Positions 39,213-52,923 of a stretch of DNA of 64,000 nucleotides are shown piece by piece. Position 1 is the stretch's first letter; every line of letters starts with the position of its first letter. Below the pieces are notes generated by a model. It ran no database searches and was not told where the DNA came from. It saw only the letters and a list, made by a program, of their open reading frames with translations. Source of the stretch: Octopus vulgaris (lineage: Eukaryota). Position numbers and translations under genes: made by a program. The stretch lies in assembly GCA_951406725.2 (NCBI GenBank), contig OX597815.1, positions 38,998,001 through 39,062,000 on the forward strand, written 5' to 3'.

Positions 39213-41654
39213 AAACATTTTCTATTTAGTTTCTTCAATAGGATCCTCTTCCAAATACCAACCAACTTAGAGTGCATTGGGTACATTTTTCCTGGCACCA
39301 ACACTTGAGAGGTTGTTCTGACTTCAACAAGACCAAACAACTCTACATTGTGAGGATCTTTTGAACTTGTTGGAGCAAAGTACTGGTTGCATTTCCATCA
39401 CTAAATAAAATAGTAGTAAAAGAATGATGGAAAGAAAGGTGTAGATAAATGGCAACCATGAATTATGGGTTTCAGTGCAAAAGGGCCAGTTAAGAATTTA
39501 GGTAAATTTTGAGGTACATGCAAGTATAATGAGGTCTCTAATGGTGGGAGAGCTAAGAGGATAAAAGATGAGCAAAGGAGAGGTAAAATGTTTGAAGGAG
39601 GGTCAGATAGTTTATGTAACATCCCTGATTGCACTGAAAGTAATGTACTACAATTAGCTGAAGAAATCCACTGCTATTTTAATTGTATCAGCAGCAGAGT
39701 ACAATGAAGGTGAGAAGAGGAGGGAGTAATTGAGAGATAGACAACAAGGATATGAATGATAAAGGCACGGGTGATAGATAGGTAACTCATAAGAGGTGGG
39801 TGAGAGGAGCTACATGGATGAGAGGCTAGCAGGTAGGACAAAAATGTAGCCTTAACAGTACACACACATACATTAGAAAAGGCATACAGCTCTAGAAACC
39901 ATGCCAAAACACAGGAATTTCGTGTAATCCTTGGACTTGTCAGATCCTGTCAGGCTGTCCTACTCAAGCCAGCATGGTAGACAGATGTTAAATGATGATA
40001 AAGTAGACATCCCTGAACATTAATATATACTTACGTGTGCATACATGTTCATGTGTGTGGACTTCCGCAGTTTACTCCACAAAACACTGATCAAATTGAT
40101 GTTACCACAGTCATCTGTCATGAAGTCAAACTCAGTACGATACAGTTACAAAGCATGTCCATAGTGGTGATGATGATACACACTTTACCTCAAAACTAAT
40201 AGACTGTTTATTTGAAAAGTTAGCACAAGTTGGCATATAATATCTAATACATTCAGTCCTTTTTGTTTGAATGGTCTTCTGAAAATCAGGATTAATAATC
40301 ATATATGGATTGGGAACAGTTGTATTTAAAAACAAACAAGTCTTTGATACATGGTTTATATATTTGATTAGAAGCTGCAACTTTTCGAATTGTTCCTTTA
40401 AGTTTCACTTTGCTAATTTTATACTTCCATACGCTTTGCTAATACACCATTTGTAGCCTTTTACTGTGAGCGAAGTTTAGGAACATCATCCTTGTAGCTG
40501 AGAACGTGTGATTCAAAACACCTTAAATCAGTTGAGGTGGATCGGACAGCGGATATGAAGTCAAAAATACTCAAGAAAATCCTGTTCGTAAATATTGGAA
40601 ACACACCTTACTATCAAGCTTTTGTTCCACTAAGAGGACAAACTGAAAACTAAAACATAATACCATGTCCTAAATTCTCCCCTACTCTACTAGATTTCAT
40701 ACAATATTTTTCATTAGATCAAATAGTTGAAAAATAATAAAAAGCATCAACAGCTTTGATATGGAACAAATTAATGAGTCAGTCATGGAAAATGATGCTG
40801 ACTTGAAATGCATGTGGAAATAACCTGTTGTAGACCAAGTTAAATTTAAGAGACCCCTTTATACCAAGCACTTCAGAAGCAATTAAGGTAGTCACCAAAA
40901 GTCATTGTCAAAACTTTCACAGATATTTCGAAGATCAGCATTCACCAAATCCTGTATTTTGATGTTTAGAAAGAAGGAAATGAAACACTTCTTTGAACAG
41001 AATATTTCTAAAAAAAAAAAAAGGTAAAAGATAGCAAGTTTACTTGCTAGTACACAAGCCTTTTAAGTCAGTAAATTCCATTTAGTACTTGTACCAGTTA
41101 ACAGGTCTGTTCCAGTCAGTTGAATCATCAGATTAATTATCTACATTAACTTTTCTGATACCAATCTCCCTGAGATTGGACTGGTTCCATGGTATAAACT
41201 TGTTTTAATGAGATCTAAATCAAAATCTTCCAGTAATATTTCAGGTTATGTTCCAGAGATAAGCCTAATGAATTATTTTGTTAAGCTTTTCATTTATTTA
41301 AACATAAATGAAACGAAGGTAGTGTATTTCAACAGAAATGTGGTTAATAAAAAGGTTAATACCATTGTATACTTTTCAGTGCTTTTAGCTCCTTTGTTAC
41401 CATATTTCTGTTGGAAGACACTGTCTTTGTTTCAATTAATTTTGAAAATGAAGAATCGAGTAAAATAACTGTTGTAATCAGGCTGATATTTGGAACAGAA
41501 TTTAACAAAAGGAAGTTTGTATCTTAGAACCAGGGCAGTCTCGGTTCTTTGTTATAGCATTTGGAATATGTCGGCCATGAGCTATTGTTTCATTCTCTTT
41601 TTCCTCCACCAGTTTCATAGGCAGGAAGTCATGAAGTTGCCCTTCATCTGATTT

Positions 41655-42045
41655 ATGCTGTGTGCTTGAGGGGACCTATAGAGTCAAGCACATCAACATC
41701 AAAATAAAAAATCAAATGGAAATTGTAGTAGTGATACCTGTGCCAGTGGCACGTAAAAAGCACCATCCGAACGTGGCTGATGTCAGTGCAGCCTTACTGG
41801 CACTTGTGCCGGTGGCACATAAAAAGCACCAACCGATCGGTTTTCAGCCTCCCCTGGCACCTGTGGCATGTAAAAAGCACCCACTACACTCACGGAGTGG
41901 TTGGCGTTAGGAAGGGCATCCAGCTGTAGAAACACAGCCAGATCAGACTGGAGCCTGGTGCAGCCGCCTGGCTTCCCATACCCCGGTTGAATCGTCCAAC
42001 CCATGCTAGCATGGAAAACAGACATTAAACAATGACGATGATGAA
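41655..42045 (+). mobile_element. RTE 3'UTR copy
   Basis: Homology to 21590-22095. Confidence 0.85.
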
Positions 42046-42981
42046 ATAAATCAGTTAACATCATGAATTCAATAACTACCACCCATGTTTTTCATTCCAT
42101 TAAGTCCAACTTCCAGAGCATTACTAAGGCCTCACAAAGTCAAAGAATCTACTGAATCTAGTTTGGATGTCTAGTTAACACCCAAATTATGTTGAAATAG
42201 GCTTAAAACTGGTGATAATATAACTTAAGCTCCCTATTTTAAATGAACAGCGCTCTCTTAACTATTCATGTGCCACCAAAATAGCTTCTACAGACACTTG
42301 ACCAAGTAAAAGTAGCAGATGAAATCTCCCACATAACACACTCTTTAAAAAAAAGAACACTTGATTTTCAATTTGCTTAACCAGGGTTAAGTTATTCAAC
42401 TTAACACGTAAGTCTTAATTTCTTTTACCAAAATTTATATTTTTGTTTTGTAATATTTGGAAATATCTGCGTCTTCTTTACAACCATTCAATACTACAAA
42501 CTACACATTTCAACTATTGTGGTTTAGTCAACTCAAAATACACAGTGTTTCATCATAACCTATACAAACTCTTTGTATTAATGATAGTATGGTGATTGTC
42601 TGCATTACAACACCCTAACCACTCGTCCATATGCCCTTTTGATATAAGAACATACAATTTAAAAGGAAAAAAAATCACAAGCCAGATTGGTAAACCCCAC
42701 AGGATTTTGTTTTATGTTGAAATAATAGGTAAGAGACTGGCTAGGGGCACCTTCATTGTAGGTTGATGATAAACTCTTAGCTGTGTTTGCAATGAAGTTT
42801 CAATTTCCGGCTGAGCCATTTCACCCAATTCCTTGTACCTTTCTAGTTGAGAGGATCCCTTTCAATCACAATACTTGCTTCACATTCCTTGGGGGTCAAA
42901 AAATTAAATGACTTAACACATGAATCCCAACATATAAAATACAATAAAGAAAACAAAAACAAGTGTATGTGAACAAAACAA

Positions 42982-42987
42982 TTTATT
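42982..42987 (-). terminator. Candidate poly(A) signal of the minus-strand (MYPT) transcript
   Basis: AATAAA on the minus strand followed by a GU/U-rich tract (TTGTTTTGTT...TTGTTTTTGTTTTC). Repeat density drops just upstream. Confidence 0.5.
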
Positions 42988-44455
42988 CATCACTAAAATT
43001 ATATTTCTACTAATATTCTACAGTTTTACAGTATAAGGAGATTGACATTGGCTTCAGAAAACAATGCCTCAAGTAACATGCGTGCACTTTTTTTTTTTTT
43101 CATATGGGTGTAGAATGTCATAGTTACAGAGTAGTCATAGCACTGGTGCTCTTCCTGCCATTGCCAACTAATCAGCTGACAAAAGATAACTAAATGTAGA
43201 AGAAATTATGCAAAGACATCAACAAAATTGATTTAGCAATAGTGAAAATGATTTACATGGGGTATTAAAAAAAAAAAAGAAAAACTTTCAAAAACTAATA
43301 ATAAAGTACCAGTTTTTCCATAATTTGTATTGTTGTCAAAGGCAAGAATAAAAAATATACTGTACAGAAAATGAGAGAATAATTCTATGTGGCCACTGAA
43401 GTGATATTACTTCAAACAGAGCCCTACAACTGAACTATACCCAATATACTAATGATTTTGATTTTTTTTTTATTTACTCATTGCTCATCTAATTTACAAA
43501 TAGAAATACGAAATTAAGATTTAAAAAAATATGCCTTTACCTATCATACACTTTCTTTTTATTAAGTTTCCTTTATTTTATATAATTTCTGATGAGTTTG
43601 TTTCTTCTGGAAATTAGATATTAGTTTAAACTGTAGTCCAGTAGCTTAGCCTCAATATCTATTAATAAATTAAGTATAGAGGTGTGTGTGTGTGTACAAA
43701 ATGTATACAGAGCTCCTATCAATTGAGAATTCTTTTAGTGACAATAATTTACTTAATAGTTAGTCTTCAAGTTTTCATGTTCAAATACTATAAAACTGAA
43801 ATTATTGAAAATTCAAAAACTTCATTCGAGAATAGAATATTCCTTTTGGTTTCATATCGAAAGCAGATTCAACTAGTTCAAGCAGGTTGAAGTCAACAGC
43901 AGCGAGACTGAAGTAAACAATTTGGGAATGTTTTCGCTGGTTTTAAATTTTAGTTCAGCACTGGATTGAAAGTAAATTCAAAGAAGTTGTCAATATCTGA
44001 TGGCAATGTACTTATTGAGAGGATAAATAAGTAATATAGAGTACAGCCTGGAGACATATAAAATAGCTTATATTATTATTATTTATCATTTTAGTAGTGG
44101 GAGAGTTTACATGTTAAGACTGACTGGAATAATAAATTTAAGAAAAATCAGCTGATGTGATTGTGGTAAAGCTGTTTGTTAAAAAAACTCAAGCATATCT
44201 TCTAATCATTTGAAAAGAGCTTTTCTTCAATTGAGTTTCACAACAATTCCAGGTTGGTCCCTTTACAGCAAAACTGACATTGAGGTAGGTACACACACAC
44301 ACACAATATTTTCAAAAATACCTATACTTTTCGTTTTAAATAAATCTGAAAATGTTAGCTTCAATGTAGATTTTTAACGAGGTTATCGTGATGATTTAAA
44401 GCAAAAGCTAAACAAAATAAATGAAGATGTTAAAGAGAAGCAAAACTGTGCAAAA

Positions 44456-44479
44456 CTTAGATCCAACATGTCACCTAAG
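44456..44479 (-). promoter_or_regulatory. Conserved stem-loop copy 1 (CUUAGGU-GACAUGUUGG-AUCUAAG)
   Basis: 7-bp stem with one G-U pair; loop identical to copies 2 and 3. Confidence 0.7.
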
Positions 44480-45334
44480 AAAGCATTACCTGAGCTGCAG
44501 TGTTAATAGCTAAAAGCAGTAGATACCAGGTGTTTTGGTTTCTACATATCTAAAAAAGAAATCATGGACAAAGTCAATAAGTTATTTCACTTATCTAAAG
44601 CTTTTAGCAACAGTTCAGCGCAGAATAAGCCTTTTGTGCACAGAAACTTGACATTAACATATCCATATCACAAGACAAATTTCCCTATAATGAAATATAA
44701 CTAAATATCTTACTTTATCATATTTTTCATACAACTGCTACAACACCCAATGATTAGATATATAGGTAAATACCTTACTTGAGTTATCTTACCTTAATGT
44801 TAAAATCAGACATGAGTTGCTAGTTTAGAGCTCTGTTTTGAGAGGAGTAATGAAGCAAACTGTGGACAAATATTTGAAGTGAAGATGTGTGACTTTATCA
44901 GACTTGGTTCTGTGAGAAAGAGTGTTGGATATGTGTACATTTTTATATACAGGGTCTACACACATGCTGACCCATTATACAAATATGTGCACAAATACAA
45001 CAACCCTCATAGTGTTCGTAAGGTTTCTGAATGTTTAACTCTAATACTGTCTCCCTGAAACTTTACAGGAAGATAATGAACAAACTGCAAAATACTTTCC
45101 ACAATAAGGCACAACTTCTGTCTTTTTTGCAAACAGAAGCAAGAAATCAAGCAACACTTGTGTTATTGAAGAAAACATATTGAAATATATAGGCATAAAT
45201 TAAGAGACCATCTATTTGTACATGATTGAAAATATTAAAAAAATAACCTCAATAGTTTTGTTCAGGCACATCACTCGAGATGTTGGATTTCTTGCTTGGC
45301 TGCGAGCAAGACGCTTTGTCATTAGTATACAGCC

Positions 45335-45358
45335 CTAAGGTCCAACATGTCACCTTAG
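45335..45358 (-). promoter_or_regulatory. Conserved stem-loop copy 2 (CUAAGGU-GACAUGUUGG-ACCUUAG)
   Basis: Perfect 7-bp stem with an identical loop. Confidence 0.7.
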
Positions 45359-45548
45359 ATTGTCAACACACAAGACAGGTGAGGCAGAGTTCCTTATTGT
45401 GACTGATTACAGTAAGGAGCCATGACTCAAAATATCATGTGAATGTACAGAGAATGTATACTAACAAGAAATGGTATTCACTAAAGTGAAAATGGCTGAT
45501 TGACACAAAATCTTACTGCAGAAAAATTACAACTCTTTCTCTCTCTCT

Positions 45549-45600
<52 letters not shown>

Positions 45601-45753
45601 AGACAAAATAAAAGAATTTTTTTTAAAAATGTTTCCAGCAGTAAGAGAGAATACTGTGTGTAAATTAGCCATTTACACCTTGTGAGGACAAACAGAACTC
45701 CTGCAAATGACCATCATAGGGGAGGTCACTAATATGAAGAGCATTATGCAAAC

Positions 45754-45777
45754 CTCTGATCCAACATGTCACCAGAG
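45754..45777 (-). promoter_or_regulatory. Conserved stem-loop copy 3 (CUCUGGU-GACAUGUUGG-AUCAGAG)
   Basis: 7-bp stem with one G-U pair and an identical loop. Confidence 0.7.
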
Positions 45778-46257
45778 AAACAGGTGACCAGTAAAATGTC
45801 AAAAATAAAGCCTTGAACAACCTTAGACAAGTTGCCAAAGTTTATGTTGGACAAATTATGATCTAACCATGATGAATGCAATATGCCTTGGTACTAACGA
45901 TCTCTCAACTACAATAGTACATCAGCAGGTTTCCTGAAAGATACCGATTATCAAAAACAGAAAAACATGACAACTTTAAATTACTTTTTTATTTGGTTTT
46001 TAAAGTTCTGAGTATTCTGTTGATGGTAATTATTACAGCTACATATTGTCGTCAGAAAATGCATTTTAATTCAGATGTATTACGAGAAACAATCAGAAAC
46101 CATTTGAATATAACTGATTTTTTTTCTTTTTTTCAATTGAAAAGGAAAACAAACAAATGAGATCAAGAAGTTGATGAGTAGACAAACACATTTGATAAGC
46201 ATAAGGGGTGAGGAACACAGCAACATAATAAATTAGACCCCATAGAAAAATGTACAA

Positions 46258-46284
46258 TATTTACACAGCAATCCAATATTTACA
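46258..46284 (-). promoter_or_regulatory. Tandem Pumilio-response elements (UGUAAAUA x2)
   Basis: TATTTACA at 46258-46265 and 46277-46284 on +, matching UGUAHAUA on the minus transcript. Confidence 0.45.
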
Positions 46285-48849
46285 GAGGTGCCTATATATA
46301 TATATACATATATATACATATATATATATATAATTTAAATAGGTGTTTCAGCAATGTTGAAAAATTAACATTACTGCTCAGTTATCTTGCAGAACGAAGT
46401 CATCACACATCTAAACATCTAAATATTCCCAAGAATTACTACATTACTTGAGTTCCCTACATAGAATATCACGGAATGGCCAGCAAGAATATAACAACCA
46501 TGTGCTTAATCTCACACACGCACACACAAACATATTATATATATATTTAGTATAAATACAATTTATTGCATATTCTATAGTAAGAATAATAATTCTTTAG
46601 AAAACAACACAACTTCAATGAAGTTCCTGTACTTTTCCAGCTATATTGAACAAAGTATTCTAGCTGAAAGATTTTGTAGAAGAGACAATCGTTAATACAT
46701 AAAATTTTTTTGCTATAATTAATTTGAAGTTGCACTTTGAAGGAGGAGGAGAATCCCACAAGAAAAACATTGCTTTTTAAAATCAATCAAATTTCAAATT
46801 ATAAGCAAAAATACTCAAATGAGAGACTACTACTTACAGGCTCACACACACACAAACACACACATTCAACCACATCGTTCCTTTGTAGAATAACCACAAA
46901 CTAATACAACTAGTACTTTGTTTATAGTATAATTCAACACAGGGTTGTTTGTGGCATATTATTTTGTAAACACGTGAATCTATTTTAAATTTAAGGCAAG
47001 TCAAAAAGATTTGAAGCTCAATGATGAGAAACATAATTAACAAGGCAAGTCTCCAAATGAGATTAAAATAAATGTGTGTGTGTGTGTGTGTGCATGGACA
47101 TATGCACACATAAACACACACGAATGTATATATACACTGTCAATTACTCTGAATAACTGTGTACCAAAGTGTGTGTGTATGCATGTGTGTGGAGTATGTG
47201 GCAAAAATAAGGTTTGTTAATTTCCCTATTTTGCAGGTGACAGACCAGGGATTGCCAGTCATTTTCATACTATCTACAAAAATAGAATCTATTCCAATTT
47301 TGGTTATTTACACTTTGATCTGTGCAGCAAACAGTTTAACAGTAAAAAATATTACAGCATAAAGATTACTTTATTTTGCTTATTTTTTATATATTCAAGT
47401 TACTATGCACATACATTTCGATTTTGTATGGATTAATCTTTCTCTCACACACACATACAGAAACCAAACAAGCTTTAGAATCTACTTACACACCAATTCA
47501 TATTCATACACACAATGTATACAATATGTGTCTCAATCCCATTTTGTGGCATTTTGGGCAAGAGTCTTTTACTTGATTCAAGTTGACTCAAACTAAGTGG
47601 AATTGAGTTGGAAAGTGTGGAAGCTTGTTGTATGGACTGTACTTATAATTAAAAAAAAAGGCCAGCCTTGTCTCACACTGATTCTGCCTGAGGATCATTA
47701 CCTCAAAAGGTGCGTCTGTGGCAAACCCAAGCATTCACACCCTAATTCAATGAGGAGGTGGCTCAGTTAATCAAACACCCACAATACTTTCGTCAAAATC
47801 AACAGAGGCCCATATACTCTTTCATATATAAGAATTGTCTAAGCAACAACAACCGGAAGATTATGGAAAAACTGGTAAGTCAGGATAGCACCATTGTGAT
47901 TGGCCCACCTCGAAGTTTCATTATGTACACTAGGTGTCAGAGTTTGAAAAACAAAACAAAAAAAATAAGAGACTTTAAAAAATGGCAAAAGAATTTAAAA
48001 AAAAAAAAAAAGAACCAACATGCGAGATGATACAATCTAGATGTGACAATCGAGAATTGAGTAACCTGAGAGAAGGATACTTTTAACAAAATTTAAGATG
48101 CAATTTTTTTACACATTTGCATGCACACACTGCGGTTTAACCTTTAGCCAACCTGCTAACTTGGACTGCAGCTATACATACACAATAAGAAACAGAAAGA
48201 GAGAGGTAAAGGAAGGGAGGGAGAAAGAGATAGAAAAGGAAAACAGAAAAGTGTAAGAGCATCCTACAATAAAAAAAAAAATAGTTATATTGATTACGTA
48301 ATATATAAGTTGATTGAGATATTACTGGTAATCATTTAATCAAACCCCTAGAAGAATGAAAAGCAAAGTTAACCTTGATAGGTTTGGAACTGAGAATATG
48401 AAGATCAAAACTAAATACCTTAAGACTTTGTGCGACACTAATATTTTGACCCAAAGTATCATAATAATAATAATATTGCTTCTTTCACTCAGGACTCAGC
48501 CTGTCAATTTAATTATCAGTGAGTGGTTGTTAGAACTCAAAACAGATACCAATCTAAAGAATGTCCTTGTGTTATGGAATGACTGTGAAGGCCTTGACCA
48601 GTTTCCAAGGATAAAGGAGTACTACTGAAGAAGTGAAAGAAAACCAACTATCTGTAGCAGTGCTGCAAAATTTGGATTCATCTGGTAAGATCATACCTAC
48701 ACCAATATCCTGATATTAATCCACCACATGGCATCGATACAACATGTGTTCCAACTATCTCCATTCAAAAACATTGTATGGTATCAGATGGTTTTCTTTT
48801 AAAAACAAAAGAACTTGTATAAGAATGATGAATCTGGCAATCTCATTCA

Positions 48850-50270
48850 TTTTCACTCATTAAAACATGGGAGATGCTTGAGACATATTACCCACAATTT
48901 ATTGGCTGAAAATGGCAGAACTGTCAGGAGGTGCTCTGGTGTTAGAGCTGCAATTCACCATCCATAGAATAGAGAGTACAGGAATGACAACTCTTTGCAC
49001 AATCAAAGAAACAAAATCATCCAGTGTTACCTTGAAAGGAATTTGAAGAACTTTCCCAGCCGAAACTGCCAATGTTAAAAGGAGTGCTACAGAAGAGTAA
49101 GGTAGGTCCTGGAAAGTGAGCTCCAAGAATTGCATAGAAGGTATTAAAAGTTTAGCAGTACCTGTTGTATAATATGGTTTCAATGTCATCAACTGAAACC
49201 TAAGAATGAAGACAAAAACCAAAAAACATATAACTACCAATAAAATGTACCATCCAAAGATAGATATAGACCGCCTCTACCTGTCAAGGAAAGAAGGTAG
49301 AAGAGAGCTAAGGCTGGGCTGCAGAAGTACTTAAGCAAGACCAATGACTGGATGATGATATGAGTGAGAGTACATGAAACCCAGAAGATGCTTCATTCAG
49401 TGAACAAAGAAGCTCAGAAATAGAGTAGAGATACACACTGCAAAAATAGAAATGGCTAACGAAGCTGACCAAATGCCAAAAAAGATAGTCAAAATGCATA
49501 GGATGAAAGCAAAAACAGAAAGACTTAAAATTTTGAAAATAGATGGCAGCTGAAGCCTCTCTATGGCTTATACCCACTCCATACCTAGGAAGCTAATGTA
49601 AACCAATCAAAAACCTATCAGTGGCTGCAGAGTTCAGGGTTGAAGCCAGAGGGATTCATTCTTTCTCCCTATAAACTATGAATTATCAAACCAACATCAA
49701 AAATGGAGCAGACCCTCATGTGCAGAGTCAGTAATGCCCATGACAAAACAATTGACTATAGTGTAGCTGGATGCCTAATGCTGGCTCCAATCAAATATAA
49801 AACCAGACATGACACAGATGGCCCAATACATTCACTGGAACTGAATATGCGTAAAGCTGGTCTGAACACTAAACCAGTAGTAGAAAGTAATGATATTACC
49901 ATCGCTAGGGACTTAGCAGTATATAGTGATTGCAAAATTAATGCCAACCACCCAGACATTATTGTTAAAGACGTCCGGAACAAGACCTGCCTACTATATA
50001 TATATATATGACAATACCATTTGTTAAAAAATGTACTTACCAAGGAATATGATAAACTTGCCTGGTATAAAGACCTTGAAATTGAAACAAGCAGGATGTA
50101 ATAGCTGAAGACAGAAACAATACCAGTTGTGACTGACTAGTTTCTTTATGACCCTTAGTGCTCCAATGATATCCTTGTAAAAATACCAGAAAAACCTAGC
50201 ATATATGATATCCAGAAAATAGTACTAAATAATACAGGTCACACTCAACATAAGTTCTTGTCTTTGTAAT
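48850..50270 (+). mobile_element. Degenerate R4/Dong-like non-LTR retrotransposon 3' part (restriction-like endonuclease)
   Basis: HPKIDIDRLYLSRKEG, decayed CCHC MCRV...TIDYSVAGCLMLA...YKTRHD, NHPDIIVKD, YKDLEIE and ETIPVV. Confidence 0.8.
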
Positions 50271-52836
50271 CTATATTCTCAAAACTTTTTTTTTTCTTAT
50301 TAAAACCAAGAATGAAAACCAACAAGAGTGGAGCTACTTGAACAATTACATTACTCTACAATGCGTACTCTAGGAGATTGGCTGTCGTTTGGTAGGCATT
50401 TGATATCTCACCAGCATCAAATAAAATAAGTACTAAATAGAAAACAGAAATTCTAAACAAATTTTCTTTTGAGAAAATGAAAGAAAATTTGATGTATATA
50501 TATATATATATATGCATGAGAGACATGCTTGTTCCTGCAAGTGCATGAAGCCAAAGGAAGATATCAATTCTGCTAAGTTTCCATACTGTCTAAACTTTTT
50601 GGCATAATGTCTACATTCTTCAGTAGATTAATGAAGAGGTGAGGAATAAGGCCACAACACCAGAATGTAGAGTACTGTGTTGGTTTTCTGGTTCCCTACA
50701 CACACTAATGTGTGTGTGTGTGAGAGAGAGAGAGCTGACTGCTCATTTGCACAAGTGTGAATTAAGCATTTTTTAAATATTTGTATAAAGAATACATACT
50801 TGCTGTGTGTGTGTGTATTAAAAATACTAAAATGATTTTTTTAAAACAGGAAAAAATATTGCTGAGTAGGAGAAAGATAACAAAAAAAAAAAAAGAAAGA
50901 AATAGCCTTAATTTCTTATTATAAAAACACAACCTATAAGTACCACAATTTAAGAGAGAAATTCAGTATATTCTAAACCTGGTCATGAAATATGATTGTC
51001 AACTACTTCCTTATAATAATGAAATTATTGTATACAGTGCTCAGGTGCACCACAACTTGTCAGAGTATATGCAGTAATGTACAAACGTCTTTCTTTTGCT
51101 TCAGTAACATTCACACAATGATTCCTACTAAATACAAAGAAAATGAATTTACAGAAAATTAAAATGTGAGGTCATAAAAGAAAAACATTTGGTATTCTTT
51201 AAACAAGATTAAAAGTCTAAAATTAGTCAAAAACTATATAAAGAATTAATATAGATTTTTCCCCTCTACCATCTAAATATTCTAGGAGTAAATTTAAGCC
51301 TAATACCAAGCTGTATATGTGTATGTGCAGATTATATACATTTTACACACACATAAATACAGACAGAAGTGAAGTACATTCTGAAATGAAAAAAGTAGGC
51401 TTGAACTAAAAGACAAATATAAATTTTTTCTCTTATTATTTCACATCGTATCAAATTGATCTTTAAAAAGTTGGAATTGCCTTTCCTTCAAATTATTTCA
51501 AAATAAAACATTCTAGCTGATAAGAAATTTAAAAAAGAAAACAAAAAAAAAGTTTTCCCTGTATTAGTTCCAAAAAGTTGGCAAGCTACATGCTTTCCAT
51601 CATTTTCACTCAATATCTAAGAAGAAAAATTAACAACAATAAAAGGATCAGACATGAAAATCTATGCCTTTTATTTTGGGATGTTGGGTTTGATAAAATA
51701 ATTCACTGCAGATAGTTTACAATTATATGAACATAATTAAGAATCAAATGAAGAGGTTTCAGAAACAAAAATTGATAGCATGTCCAAGAATGATAGCAAG
51801 CTCTATTTACATCACAATGGACATTATAGAAGATGGCCTAAGACTTTATACTTCTAACTCTTCATATTGCATAGGTAGTAGGTCCCACCTTTCACAACAG
51901 AAGAATCAATATGAGGAATGGAGTGGAATAATAACAGTAATAATAACCAACAAGTGTTATAGTGATGAATAAAATAGAGAAGATGATAAAAGTATTAAAA
52001 CAAATTTTAAAAAATCAAAAATAAGACAGTTATTAATAGGAAAAAACAAATGGACAGCAGAAAGAATATAGAGTGGAATAGAGTAAATGGACAGTTCATA
52101 GCTCCTTCATCAATTATTATTTCTGCCTGTGTGAAACAACACACCACATTTACTCGACACTAAAATTCGCAGAATATGAGGAAAACGAAAGAATAAAAGA
52201 GAAAAAGGAGAGAGGAGAGGGACAGAGAGAGAAAGGTATATTGAAGCAAAAAAAAAAAAAAAAAACAGGTGTCAAATGTGCAATAATACTTAAAGAAACA
52301 GTAAAAGGTTATATAAAATGGTTTACAATTTTGGAGGCAGCTTTCAGGAGATATGAAAAGAACTCATTCCTCAATATAAGCTAGACAAACATCACCTTCA
52401 AAACTATAGTTTAAGTTGATCTTTAACCATTACTTATATCTACATAGTTGTGTATGCTGGCATGCAAATAGGTACTCAACAAGAGCCAAGCAGCTGCAAC
52501 AAGGTTGGCATGGCGGTTATATGCAAGAACTGTAGTTTGGAAGACAAGAACAGAATCAGATTTCAACTGAACTTCCAGTGTAAGCAGAAAGTTTAAATTT
52601 TGACGTAACTGTGTGGAGTTGGGGGAACCTGGCTATGATGTACATGGTGATGATAATGAGCATGATGATGATGAAGATGATGATGATGGAGTAATGAAAA
52701 GGAAAAAAAGATGAATTAAAGTAATGGGAGAAATTGTAGTAAGTAAACAGAGAAGTGGGAGGAGAACAAGAACGAGAAGAGGCATAAGTAATATGTGTGT
52801 GTATGTGTATAAAATGTAATAATAAAGCAGTTCTGA

Positions 52837-52923
52837 CTACTTAGAGAGTTTGCTGACCACTCTTATTAAAGCTCCATTCTCTTCTTTCAGTCGTGCATTT
52901 ATAGATCGCAAGTTGTCCATTTC
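52837..52923 (-). CDS. PPP1R12A: Terminal coding exon of a myosin phosphatase targeting subunit (MYPT1/Mbs; PPP1R12A/B/C family), leucine zipper
   Basis: TTTTCATTTTTGCAG| then EMDNLRSINARLKEENGALIRVVSKLSK*, matching the family C-terminus (RLKDENGALIRVISKLSK). Upstream exons were not found in the window. The exact paralogue name is nominal. Confidence 0.92.
   Translation of the reverse strand, partial: EMDNLRSINARLKEENGALIRVVSKLSK

Noticed and set aside
40100-40960. Unique sequence with a coding-like look (ORF 40132-40380)
   Set aside because: Frequent stops, no recognisable domain and no convincing splice pair; unresolved without a homology search.
44463-44473. CAACATGTCA as a p53 response element
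   Set aside because: Single imperfect half-sites. The covarying flanking stems argue for RNA structure instead.
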